Shown here piece after piece: positions 18,375 to 27,032 of a stretch of 64,000 bases of DNA; within the stretch, counting starts at the first letter, position 1, and the number at the start of each line of letters is the position of its first letter. The position numbers were made by a program, and so were the translations under genes. This DNA is from a virus (lineage: Duplodnaviria > Heunggongvirae > Uroviricota > Caudoviricetes): the IMG/VR virus record IMGVR_UViG_3300011008_000003; one strand, 5' to 3'. The notes beneath the pieces were generated by a model. It ran no database searches and was not told where the DNA came from. It saw nothing but the letters and a program-made list of their open reading frames with translations.

Positions 18375-18842
18375 CTATTTTTCAGTTTCGTCTAAAACTT
18401 CCCTAAATAATCCCTCGACCTTAAGGCCTTCGTTACTAGAAGTATCAAGATTGAGCGGCTTCATGTAGCCACAGACATAATAGCCCTTGCTGTCAACGTA
18501 TATTTCCTTTTCAAGCTTGGAATCGTAATAATGAAGTTCGATATATATCTTTGTCTGGCTGTTAATATAACGGTTCAGAATCTTATGGACTTTGAAATCC
18601 TGAAATTCGTCAAACGTAATATACATCGTGCCGGCATTATTGAATTCGACCTTTCTTGCACGAATCATAAGTTCGTCATTGTTGGCCAGTTCATATTCTT
18701 TAGTCTGACGATTCTTTACCAATGTAGCGAAAGTTACCTGGAAAAGATATGACTTTGCCAAATCCGGCAGTTTGACAAGTTTCTTTGAAAAAACGTTAGC
18801 CGTGGTAGATTTTACTTGTTTATTTTCATTTTTCATATTCAT
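18375..18842 (-). CDS. Tail-tube (T4 gp19)-like protein, internally shortened
   Basis: By-eye similarity: DLAKSYLFQVTF ~ DFARPNLFQVEI; PLNLDTSSNE ~ ELQLDWDSNNE. Confidence 0.5.
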   Translation of the reverse strand: MNMKNENKQVKSTTANVFSKKLVKLPDLAKSYLFQVTFATLVKNRQTKEYELANNDELMIRARKVEFNNAGTMYITFDEFQDFKVHKILNRYINSQTKIYIELHYYDSKLEKEIYVDSKGYYVCGYMKPLNLDTSSNEGLKVEGLFREVLDETEK

Positions 18843-18963
18843 CTCTCTGTTGTTCGATAAAATCCGGAAGTTGCGGATATTCTCTTCTTATTAATTCTAA
18901 TGGTTTTTCTTTTTGTTCAGATCTGTCGATTTGAACCTGTATAAAATCCGGTAATTGTTCCAT
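18826..18963 (-). CDS. 45-aa leaderless peptide with duplicated QLPDFI
   Basis: MEQLPDFIQVQIDRSEQKEKPLELIRREYPQLPDFIEQQRDEYEK; ATG 7 nt after TATATT. Confidence 0.55.
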   Translation of the reverse strand: MEQLPDFIQVQIDRSEQKEKPLELIRREYPQLPDFIEQQRDEYEK

Positions 18964-19028
18964 GAGAGTAAATATAGAAAAAGACCGGCTTAATAGTCGG
19001 TCTTTTATTTTTATTTGAAAAATTTTAT

Positions 19029-19352
19029 TTACTTAACTTCAGGTTCGTCCAGAATACGCTGAACCCAATTCTGAGCCGAAGCTACGCCCTGAATCAACGT
19101 GATATTATCGGTTCCGAGAAGCTCTGGCCCTACGGCATTGAACACGTCCTTGCAGTTCTTCAGGCATTCAGTCATTCGCTTGACCTTATCCTGATACTTT
19201 AAGTTAAGCATGTTGGCGTCAACGACATCGCAATACATGCTTGCCTGGCTATTTTCAAGTTTCTTCTCGAGTTCGGCCACCTTGCGTTCGGCTTCTTGCC
19301 ATTTCGCAAAATAGTCGTTTGTCGGATTCGGATTTTGCTTTGCTTCTTCCAT
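19029..19352 (-). CDS. Hypothetical coiled-coil protein
   Basis: GAGGA SD. Confidence 0.65.
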   Translation of the reverse strand: MEEAKQNPNPTNDYFAKWQEAERKVAELEKKLENSQASMYCDVVDANMLNLKYQDKVKRMTECLKNCKDVFNAVGPELLGTDNITLIQGVASAQNWVQRILDEPEVK

Positions 19353-19354
19353 AA

Positions 19355-19834
19355 TTAATCCTCGTCCTCGTTTTCTTCATCCTCGTCGTCACCATTATAC
19401 GGATCATCTTGACGTGCGTCAAAATCCTTCTTGGTTTCAATCCAGTAAACGTTATCGACGTACAAATCCGGAACCATCTTGAAAATATACTTTCCTTCCT
19501 CGATATGTTCACCTTCGATTTCACCTTCATATCTTGAAAGAAGTTTTTCTGCTGCGTCGTCAAGATCTTCTACATATGTCGGGTATTCGACTGCCGGAAT
19601 ATCCTTGTCGTGGTCATTAAATACATAATTTCCGACGATATAGCCAGGAGCGCCAGTATTTTCAATCAACAGGGCAACACATTCGCCATTATCCATATAA
19701 GGATCGGCAAGTCCGAATTCAATTGCTGAATTATCCTTTTCCTGTTTCTTCAGGAAATTAATAATCTTTACAAGAACTTCTGCTCTGGTAAGATATTGAG
19801 TTTTAGTCTTGGTTTTTGTTTGCTTTTTTGACAT
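19355..19834 (-). CDS. Hypothetical protein with acidic tail
   Basis: Start corrected to MSKKQ (GGAG SD). Confidence 0.65.
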   Translation of the reverse strand: MSKKQTKTKTKTQYLTRAEVLVKIINFLKKQEKDNSAIEFGLADPYMDNGECVALLIENTGAPGYIVGNYVFNDHDKDIPAVEYPTYVEDLDDAAEKLLSRYEGEIEGEHIEEGKYIFKMVPDLYVDNVYWIETKKDFDARQDDPYNGDDEDEENEDED

Positions 19835-20369
19835 GGTAATTCTCCAGTTCGTCAGATTTGATAACTTTTGCAAAATTCTTGAACATCAATGTACTGATTT
19901 TTGTAAGTTCGCGCTCGGCCTGTTCCTTTGTAAGGACCTTCAGGTGATTAATATCGTCAATTCGATATTCGTTAAGATTATCGCCACCGAACTTGACTGT
20001 AATTTCTTTATCCGGCTTAGACTGGGTAAACGTGACAAGATTGGAAATCTTGAGATAAACGCAGTCACCGCCCATCCAGCTATTAAAACCTTCGACATAG
20101 AAAATACGGTATTGCGGCCGTTCCTTTTCGTTTTCGTATTCGTCCATGCACATCGTACCAGGAATCTTAACCCATTTATGGATATACGGGTTCATTTTTT
20201 CAGAAACACCCTTTTCATACAGTTTAGTACGAACAGCGTTAAGCTGACGTTCAACTTCATCCTTCAACGAGGTAAGTTTCTTAAACTGTGCTTGCAAATC
20301 AGTTTCTGAATGTTTTTCGTGGAATTCGTTATACTTATTCACGTCGACTTTATTGATTTTCTTTGCCAT
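19803..20369 (-). CDS. Hypothetical protein (coiled-coil + beta domain family)
   Basis: GGAG SD; similar layout to 17823 and 47900. Confidence 0.7.
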   Translation of the reverse strand: MAKKINKVDVNKYNEFHEKHSETDLQAQFKKLTSLKDEVERQLNAVRTKLYEKGVSEKMNPYIHKWVKIPGTMCMDEYENEKERPQYRIFYVEGFNSWMGGDCVYLKISNLVTFTQSKPDKEITVKFGGDNLNEYRIDDINHLKVLTKEQAERELTKISTLMFKNFAKVIKSDELENYHVKKANKNQD

Positions 20370-20742
20370 AATAATTCTCCAAAGAATGAATTTTCTTGAC
20401 TACATAGTTCGTCATTCGCCTTAACCATCTTTCCGTAAGTTCGTCGAGGTTCTTATCCTGCCAGTTCATGAAATGATAGGTCGGCATAAAATAATCAAGA
20501 TTAAAATGCGACTTTTCGATGTAATAGTAAAATCGCAGATGTGCTTCGGTTTCTTTTAACGGCATGACACATACACCGTCACTGGTATATTCTTCGCAAC
20601 CCTCGACGACGACAAGAATACCTGTTCCGTTCTTGAATATTTTACTATCGAATACATAATCATAATGGTATTCGGGATAATTCGAGTCTTTGCGGTACAG
20701 ACCGAATTCTTTCAGGATTTTATCTACTTCGGTAAGAGTCAT
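20350..20742 (-). CDS. Hypothetical protein
   Basis: EVDKILKEFGL N-terminus reminiscent of array 1. Confidence 0.65.
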   Translation of the reverse strand: MTLTEVDKILKEFGLYRKDSNYPEYHYDYVFDSKIFKNGTGILVVVEGCEEYTSDGVCVMPLKETEAHLRFYYYIEKSHFNLDYFMPTYHFMNWQDKNLDELTERWLRRMTNYVVKKIHSLENYYGKENQ

Positions 20743-20743
20743 T

Positions 20744-21025
20744 TTAATCCCAGTGTACAGTTATAGAATCGAGATAGCCATAACCGTCTCGAGTATCTAC
20801 TATCTTGTAGCCTTTCTTTTCAAGTACAACAGAAATATGTGGAAGCGTAAGATTATATTTGTCCATCATATATTTGCGATAGAACGTTGTTTCAGTTCTA
20901 CCGCCCCGGTTCATCATAATCAGTTCATTCTTGATTTTCTTCCAACCAGCTTCTTGCTTCTGTTTAATTTCAGCACTTTGCCGAGCTTTTCGGAGTTCTT
21001 CTACAGATGGTATTTCGTCTTCCAT
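20744..21025 (-). CDS. Hypothetical protein
   Basis: Downstream of promoter element 21049-21083. Confidence 0.7.
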   Translation of the reverse strand: MEDEIPSVEELRKARQSAEIKQKQEAGWKKIKNELIMMNRGGRTETTFYRKYMMDKYNLTLPHISVVLEKKGYKIVDTRDGYGYLDSITVHWD

Positions 21026-21048
21026 AAATATTTCCCTTAATCATTAAC

Positions 21049-21083
21049 AATATAGAAAAAGGGCTGACTCTCGTCAACCCTTT
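21049..21083 (-). promoter_or_regulatory. Fused terminator / early promoter
   Basis: AAGGGTTGAC-GAGA-GTCAGCCCTTTTTC-TATATT. Confidence 0.85.
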
Positions 21084-21106
21084 AAAAGCATAATTATTAT
21101 TTAGAC

Positions 21107-21370
21107 TTATCGCAGCTCGTTTAAATATTTATCGAGAATCGAATAAGAAAATGCCTTAGGCGGTTCACCCATAAGAAAACCACGCTGGATTTCGTTCTTA
21201 TGGTCTTCCAAGAACTGTTCAAACTGATCGTCGAGTTCCAGGCTTACAAAACCGTCCAAAAGCTTATCATGGAAAATTCCGTACCATTCCTTATATTGCG
21301 GTTCGTCGAAAACAGATTCAACAATATATCCGTTTTTCTTTAAAAGCTGAGTGGCTTCGATTAAATTCAT
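21107..21370 (-). CDS. Late protein with N-terminal tag MNLIEATQLLKKNGYIVE (putative internal head protein)
   Basis: TATAAATA 21393-21400, AAGGAG SD. Confidence 0.7.
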   Translation of the reverse strand: MNLIEATQLLKKNGYIVESVFDEPQYKEWYGIFHDKLLDGFVSLELDDQFEQFLEDHKNEIQRGFLMGEPPKAFSYSILDKYLNELR

Positions 21371-21408
21371 TTAAAAACTCCTTACTTTTTATTATTTATA
21401 AGAAATTC

Positions 21409-21915
21409 TTAAATACGATTTACATCATCAGTAAATTCAGCCTTGAGCTTGGCCAGTATTTCAGGATTATTTAAGACATCTTCTTCGGTTTGGCCTTCCT
21501 CATCAGAAATTTCAGGGTCATCGCAGATTTCCAGAATATTATTTGCTTCATAACCGATATAGTCACCGTAAAAGCCATTTATCAATTCGTTAAAAACTTC
21601 AGCAGCATCTGTATTTCCTGCCAAATTACCTTCGCCGGCGAACTGACGACAAGCCATAGCGGCATCGTTATCTACAGCTTCGACCATGACTGCATAATTG
21701 TCAGAGAATCCATATTTTTTAACCGTGGTCAAAAGATAGTTTACGACTTCTTCCTTATCCGATGTTACAATATCGATTTGAAAAGAATCCGGTTTATCAT
21801 TTCTGGTATACATATCGCCGGTAACGGTAAAACAGACATAATTATTTCCGGTAGATTCTTTAATAAGGCGATAGCCGTTATTCTTCAGCAATTGTTTTGC
21901 TTCGTTTAAATTCAT
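21409..21915 (-). CDS. Late protein with N-terminal tag MNLNEAKQLLKNNGYRLIKE (putative internal head protein)
   Basis: TATAAATA 21935-21942, AGGAG SD. Confidence 0.7.
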   Translation of the reverse strand: MNLNEAKQLLKNNGYRLIKESTGNNYVCFTVTGDMYTRNDKPDSFQIDIVTSDKEEVVNYLLTTVKKYGFSDNYAVMVEAVDNDAAMACRQFAGEGNLAGNTDAAEVFNELINGFYGDYIGYEANNILEICDDPEISDEEGQTEEDVLNNPEILAKLKAEFTDDVNRI

Positions 21916-22048
21916 TTGAAACTCCTGTTTTTATTATTTATAAGAATCCTGATTATTAGCGGGAATCTTGATAAAAAACTTGTAAAATAAAACGGCCAAT
22001 TTGGCAAAATTGGCGTATAAATAAAGTATAAGTATAAGGAAAATTGAT

Positions 22049-22678
22049 ATGAATTTAAATGAATGGGTAATGAATGCGGCCGCCGGCCTTTTGACAGAAG
22101 ATACGCAAGTCGGAGAACAGCTCAGTAAGATTCCTAGGCCTGCCGAATATTCCTGGATGTCAGAAGAACGCTGGAACGAAATGGACGCTGAACAGCAGCA
22201 TACCTGGGTTCGTCAAGTACCGCTGGATGATCCTAACTGGAATGACCAACGCTATACGAAAGATAAAGTCCACATAGCTTTCTGCGACGCATTTGAAAAT
22301 GCACAGAAAGAGAACCCGGTTCCGTTGACTTGGTGTAGAGAAATGTATACAAAAGGATTCGATACATTTACTTTCGGATGTAAGGACCATAAGTACGCAT
22401 TCGATGTCTATGACGTACAGAAGAACGACCCGAATTACGGCCATGCGAATATCTGCGTCTATGTAAAGGATCCGAATATTAAATATCCGGCAAATAACCT
22501 GGTTAGCGCATTCTATGTCAAGAAGGACACTCTTCCGAATGAAGCCAAGTCGATTTTCAGGATAACCAACAGGCTATTTAACGACGGGTTGGAAAAGTTC
22601 AACAAGGATAACGGTTTCATGCTTAAGAACAAGAATGAATCCTATCGACCAATGTCCAAACGTTTGCTTAACGGCTAA
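22049..22678 (+). CDS. Late protein with MNLNE...LLTE N-terminus
   Basis: TATAAATA 22016-22023, AAGGA SD. Confidence 0.7.
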   Translation: MNLNEWVMNAAAGLLTEDTQVGEQLSKIPRPAEYSWMSEERWNEMDAEQQHTWVRQVPLDDPNWNDQRYTKDKVHIAFCDAFENAQKENPVPLTWCREMYTKGFDTFTFGCKDHKYAFDVYDVQKNDPNYGHANICVYVKDPNIKYPANNLVSAFYVKKDTLPNEAKSIFRITNRLFNDGLEKFNKDNGFMLKNKNESYRPMSKRLLNG

Positions 22679-22692
22679 AATAAAAGAGGGAA

Positions 22693-22932
22693 TTAATTTC
22701 CCTCGTTTTTTATATAATCGGTATCTTGATTTAATGCGATATAGTTAAACGGTATCGACGTCAAGTTGTCTTTGTACTGTTTTTTCGTAAATCGCCTTAA
22801 TTCCCTGGTAAAATCATCGAAAAGTCTTTGCCTGCCAAGCGGAGACAAATTCTGTTTCGCACCCCTTAGTTCTTTTTCATACTTCAAAATTACCTGGGCG
22901 GCTTCGTAATCATCATAGTAAGAATTTTTCAT
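22693..22932 (-). CDS. Hypothetical protein
   Basis: ATGA coupling. Confidence 0.6.
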   Translation of the reverse strand: MKNSYYDDYEAAQVILKYEKELRGAKQNLSPLGRQRLFDDFTRELRRFTKKQYKDNLTSIPFNYIALNQDTDYIKNEGN

Positions 22933-23303
22933 AATTCCTCTAACATGGACTCTATTTCATACTGCTTCAGCCTCAATGCGAACGTAAGTGGATCTCCGTA
23001 CAGCAGTCGAAACATGTCGCCGGTCGAAATCCGTAAAACCGCCATCCATGTCCTATAAGGAACTGAATCTGAAACCGCTATCATCTGGCGCCCATATCCG
23101 GTTTTCCCTTTGTTATATATCCTAATAAAATACTTGCCTGAATTGACCTGTATCAACGAAATATCGAACCCGCCGCCGCTGAAACAGTATTCGAGTGTCA
23201 TTCCTTCCAGCGTACCAGCCTGCTGCACGGTCATCAGTGTCCATCCGTAACGCATCAGCTCGTCATAAACGGAATTTACGCTATAAGTAAGCAGTGGAAT
23301 CAT
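22929..23303 (-). CDS. Hypothetical protein with family-type C-terminus
   Basis: Start corrected to MIPLL (ATGA overlap); ends YEIESMLEEL. Confidence 0.6.
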   Translation of the reverse strand: MIPLLTYSVNSVYDELMRYGWTLMTVQQAGTLEGMTLEYCFSGGGFDISLIQVNSGKYFIRIYNKGKTGYGRQMIAVSDSVPYRTWMAVLRISTGDMFRLLYGDPLTFALRLKQYEIESMLEEL

Positions 23304-23644
23304 TGGAGCACTTTGTCCATATACATTATGTCGTACAGAGCACGCAATCCGGTAATGCCGCCTGTAGCGATAGCCTTGCAAATATCGTCCATATATACAA
23401 TCAGAGATTTGCTCGGGTCAAGATCCGTCGAATCGAGCTTACCCGTCACCTTATATAATCTGGAATAAGGAGCCTTATAAACAAAACTCCAATGCGAATT
23501 ACAGGTGGCTCCGATATACATATTATTATCGTTGGAATTCCACATGACGGTCGTATCGCCAATAAAATATTTCTTCAAGAAACCGTTCTCGAATTCTTGC
23601 TTGCCGTCAAAATATTTAGTTATTATTCCAAAATAATCCGTCAT
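23300..23644 (-). CDS. Hypothetical protein
   Basis: ORF in operon. Confidence 0.6.
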   Translation of the reverse strand: MTDYFGIITKYFDGKQEFENGFLKKYFIGDTTVMWNSNDNNMYIGATCNSHWSFVYKAPYSRLYKVTGKLDSTDLDPSKSLIVYMDDICKAIATGGITGLRALYDIMYMDKVLQ

Positions 23645-23646
23645 AT

Positions 23647-24189
23647 TTACTCAACCCATACATAATTGACATCATGGCAGTTTACGCTAAGCAGCTCACC
23701 CTTTCGTTTTTCAAGTTCGTTTAACATTTCAGCTGTATAATTTTTAGAACCGCTCTGACATTCTTCAGTTTCACATGGAGAAACTCCGACATATAAGTAA
23801 TCCATAGCAGTCGGTTTTAAATTATTTTCGAGATGTTCATTCAATTCTTCTTCGGTCCAGAGTACGTTTTCATAAACCGTTGTATCGTCAACAATCGTCC
23901 TGTTATATAAGTCGACATAAGACCATGGTTCAGACGGCTGAATATCTGACTTATAAAATTCCGGTGCGGAAGCATACAGCTGGATTACTTCATCGACATT
24001 CGGGTGATAATACCTGATAGTATAGTCGCAACGCTTAGTCGACAAATCTTCAGAAGATACGCCGTTATCGGAACATCCGAAAAGCATTGCTACAGTGGTC
24101 GCGATGATAAAAACCATTAACAGGTAGAACGGCATTTCGCGAAGGGTAATACCTTTCTTTTCTTTCTTTGTATATTCTGATAATGTCAT
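23647..24189 (-). CDS. Putative lipoprotein
   Basis: Hydrophobic stretch ending in lipobox-like LFG-C-SDNGVSS. Confidence 0.65.
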   Translation of the reverse strand: MTLSEYTKKEKKGITLREMPFYLLMVFIIATTVAMLFGCSDNGVSSEDLSTKRCDYTIRYYHPNVDEVIQLYASAPEFYKSDIQPSEPWSYVDLYNRTIVDDTTVYENVLWTEEELNEHLENNLKPTAMDYLYVGVSPCETEECQSGSKNYTAEMLNELEKRKGELLSVNCHDVNYVWVE

Positions 24190-24198
24190 TTTTTCCTC

Positions 24199-24585
24199 TT
24201 ATTTTTTGTACTGGTTGATTACGTTTTTGAGTGAGTCGATTATTGCCTTATCGTCTTCTTTCTTTAAAGGTTCAACCTTATATTCTACAGAATCCTTATA
24301 CCATTTCGCCTTCTTGCTAAGACACTTTATGGTTTCTTCCTGGCATGTCGGTTTCGTCTCGTAGAACATCTTAAGCTGAGTATTTTTATCCGGAGCTACA
24401 AAGTATAATGCTATACCGCCAGCAACGCATACTATTCCCAGAATAAGCATTGCAATATCGTCACCTTCTATGGATTTACGGCGGATTCGATTACGAATAA
24501 ACAGGAACAAGACAACGTTGCCGAAATTCAAGATAAGCAGGGCAACGATAAAAACAAGCCAGAAAATAAAAATAATAGATGCCAT
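24199..24585 (-). CDS. Two-TM membrane protein
   Basis: Two hydrophobic helices then a C..C-containing domain. Confidence 0.65.
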   Translation of the reverse strand: MASIIFIFWLVFIVALLILNFGNVVLFLFIRNRIRRKSIEGDDIAMLILGIVCVAGGIALYFVAPDKNTQLKMFYETKPTCQEETIKCLSKKAKWYKDSVEYKVEPLKKEDDKAIIDSLKNVINQYKK

Positions 24586-24587
24586 AT

Positions 24588-25064
24588 TTACTCCGATTTA
24601 ACCCACTTGGGCACGAGCGAGCCTTCATATTCAGCGATTTGGTCAAGAATCTTCTTTACTGCCTTGATAACCTTTTTACCATTTAACGCTACATAATGGC
24701 AGTCAGGGTTACTTCCGGCACGTTCCTTGTATTCGTTGTTACGTTTGAAAAAATCGTCCCAGTATGTCACATGCGGCAAATGCCCGCCTTCGATACAGGT
24801 ACAGTCGTATGTAAACGCCAACTGATCCTTGTAATAATAGCCAATCATGCACTTATACTGTGGTTTAAAGTTACGGGCAGTAAATTCAAATCCTGAATCT
24901 GCGACGAGCTTATCAATTTCATTCTTGGTATCAATATATTGTTGGCTCGGAGGCGTATTCATAAAATACGGGTCTTTCTTCTTGATTTCCTGGAATTCTT
25001 CAAGAATTTCTGGATGTACAAGGCCGATCCAGCCGGCGAGTTTTTTGCATTCATCTGTATTCAT
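24588..25064 (-). CDS. Hypothetical protein (leaderless)
   Basis: ATG 7 nt after TATATT. Confidence 0.7.
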   Translation of the reverse strand: MNTDECKKLAGWIGLVHPEILEEFQEIKKKDPYFMNTPPSQQYIDTKNEIDKLVADSGFEFTARNFKPQYKCMIGYYYKDQLAFTYDCTCIEGGHLPHVTYWDDFFKRNNEYKERAGSNPDCHYVALNGKKVIKAVKKILDQIAEYEGSLVPKWVKSE

Positions 25065-25071
25065 GTATCAG

Positions 25072-25104
25072 AATATAGAAAAAGGGCTGACTTACGTCAA
25101 CCCT
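25072..25104 (-). promoter_or_regulatory. Fused terminator / early promoter
   Basis: AGGGTTGAC-GTAA-GTCAGCCCTTTTTC-TATATT. Confidence 0.85.
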
Positions 25105-25108
25105 GTTT

Positions 25109-25648
25109 TTAAAGGTTATTGTCAATCGTATATAGCATATCGCCGTGATTAATACATGATTCTATACATGACTTGGTAGTTACCAGGTCAAGCATATTAC
25201 AGGGCGTAGTTCGACCCTGATAGATAAGATCTGCCGATGTATAGTAATGTCTTTTCTTCGGATGCCTTGCCATGGCTTTAGACGACATCAAATCGAATTC
25301 GCTGTTATATGTACCGTGTTTTCTCGCGTATTGGCCGTTAGGTAATGGTATAACTTGGACTCCTTGGACGGTAAGAATACTCGGTACAATATCGCCTGCC
25401 TCGATAACGAGCCACTGATTAGTTACGGCGATATATATTTCTTCGCTTCCGTGTAATTTTAAAACCGGCATGCAGTCTGAAACAATTCTGCATTTATGTC
25501 CGTCTATTTTCACAGAACCGTTATATGCGATAAATAGTTCATCGGCATAATCATTAATATGGTTATTTAAATAATTGGCTATATTATAGCCTTGTGCATT
25601 AATGACCGGACCGTTAATCTTTATCGGTTTTTTCTGTCTTATAGGCAT
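25109..25648 (-). CDS. Hypothetical protein (leaderless)
   Basis: Start corrected to MPIRQKK, 7 nt after TATATT. Confidence 0.7.
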   Translation of the reverse strand: MPIRQKKPIKINGPVINAQGYNIANYLNNHINDYADELFIAYNGSVKIDGHKCRIVSDCMPVLKLHGSEEIYIAVTNQWLVIEAGDIVPSILTVQGVQVIPLPNGQYARKHGTYNSEFDLMSSKAMARHPKKRHYYTSADLIYQGRTTPCNMLDLVTTKSCIESCINHGDMLYTIDNNL

Positions 25649-25655
25649 ATTTGTA

Positions 25656-25688
25656 AATATAATAAAAAGGTTGACTCTCGTCAACCCA
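25656..25688 (-). promoter_or_regulatory. Fused terminator / early promoter
   Basis: GGTTGAC-GAGA-GTCAACCTTTTTAT-TATATT. Confidence 0.85.
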
Positions 25689-25712
25689 TTATTCATTAAA
25701 AATTTCTTTTAA

Positions 25713-26033
25713 TTAAGCGAAAAGATTTATAATATCATCATAGCTCAAGTCACCCTTGACGTCTTCTTCTGCTTCCGGTTCGTTTGTGTCATCAACGATT
25801 GCGACCCATCTTTGCTGGTCGTCACTTTGCGCCTTTAATGTTAAAAAACGACCATCTGCATGTGTGAATACAAGTTTTGCCGGTACAGTGACTGTGTATT
25901 TGCTGAGTGATTTCACAAGTTCCCAGCCATTACTTGTAAGTGCTTGGATAATCTCAGAAGATATTCCGGTATCTTCTTTAATAAGCTTATGGCCGGTTCT
26001 ATTCAGTAATTGTTTTGCTTCGTTTAAATTCAT
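25713..26033 (-). CDS. Late-operon protein with N-terminal tag MNLNEAKQLLNRTGHKLIKE
   Basis: First 26 nt identical to the 21915 gene; AGGAGG SD. Confidence 0.7.
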   Translation of the reverse strand: MNLNEAKQLLNRTGHKLIKEDTGISSEIIQALTSNGWELVKSLSKYTVTVPAKLVFTHADGRFLTLKAQSDDQQRWVAIVDDTNEPEAEEDVKGDLSYDDIINLFA

Positions 26034-26045
26034 TGGTACCTCCTA

Positions 26046-26971
26046 TTAGCCCTTGCCGTATTCCTTAGCCAGTTCCTTACATTCAGCAGAAGGAACGTCA
26101 GAATCAAATACCTTGGAATTAATGTTAATTCGCGAGTCATACTGTTCAAGTTCTTCCATAATCCTGTAGAATGATGTAGAAAGCAAAGTCTGCAACTGGA
26201 ATGTTCCGCTTACCATATTATCGTCGGATTTTGCGGCGCTACGGAACTGTCTAGCCAGTTTATTGCACTTCTGGATAAGATCATTTACAAAATACTTGTC
26301 GTTTTTCAATTTTGCAGCCGCACGGGACATTTGTAAAGAAAGAAGTCCGACAAAATGGTTCGCCAGCTTATCGTCCATCCTGTTCATTTCCTGTCCGAGA
26401 AACGTTTCGCCTTTGAAAGTCCTTGCAGCCTAGTCGCCGAAACCTTCTTTAACGATATATCCGTGTTTCTCCAATAACTGTTTTGCTTCATTGATAGTCA
26501 TATTTTTATTCTTTATTTTTGTTGATTCATTTTCGTGTGCGCCGGAAATCCATTCGTCTTGATCTTCATCATAGTCACTAACAGATTTCTTCTGTTTTCG
26601 GGCATTATTACGTTTCTTTAAATATTCTTCAAATTCATCAATAGAATTATATGTAGCATAACACTTATTGCCTAAAAATACTCTTATAATAATATTTTGT
26701 TTTGTATCAACAACAATCGAAAATTGTGTTCCATAACGAGTTCTTATATAATAATGTGAAGTGCCGTCTCTGCCGTCCCAATAACCTAAAGGTTCATCTT
26801 TACTGGTCTTACCATCCGAAGTACCATCCCACCAATAAAAATCATCGCCAAGATATGTATCTTTGAGTTTTTAAGTTCATCTAGTATAGCATAGTCATTA
26901 GACGTATCTCTTGTTAAGTCATCATACTCGCAAAGCATACCTGCATGTTTAAGCATATTTTTATAATTCAT
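26046..26971 (-). pseudogene. Tagged late gene interrupted by a -1 frameshift (A5 run, 26868-26872) and an in-frame TAG (26430-26432)
   Basis: Corrected frame reads continuously ...ELK/KLKDTYLGDD...ENESTKIKNKNMTINEAKQLLEKHGYIVKEGFGD*AARTF...MNRMDD; late promoter 26991-26998. Confidence 0.65.
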
Positions 26972-27032
26972 TTGAAACTCCTATTTTTATTATTTATAAG
27001 AAAACCGGCAATCATTGATTACCGGTCTCGTA

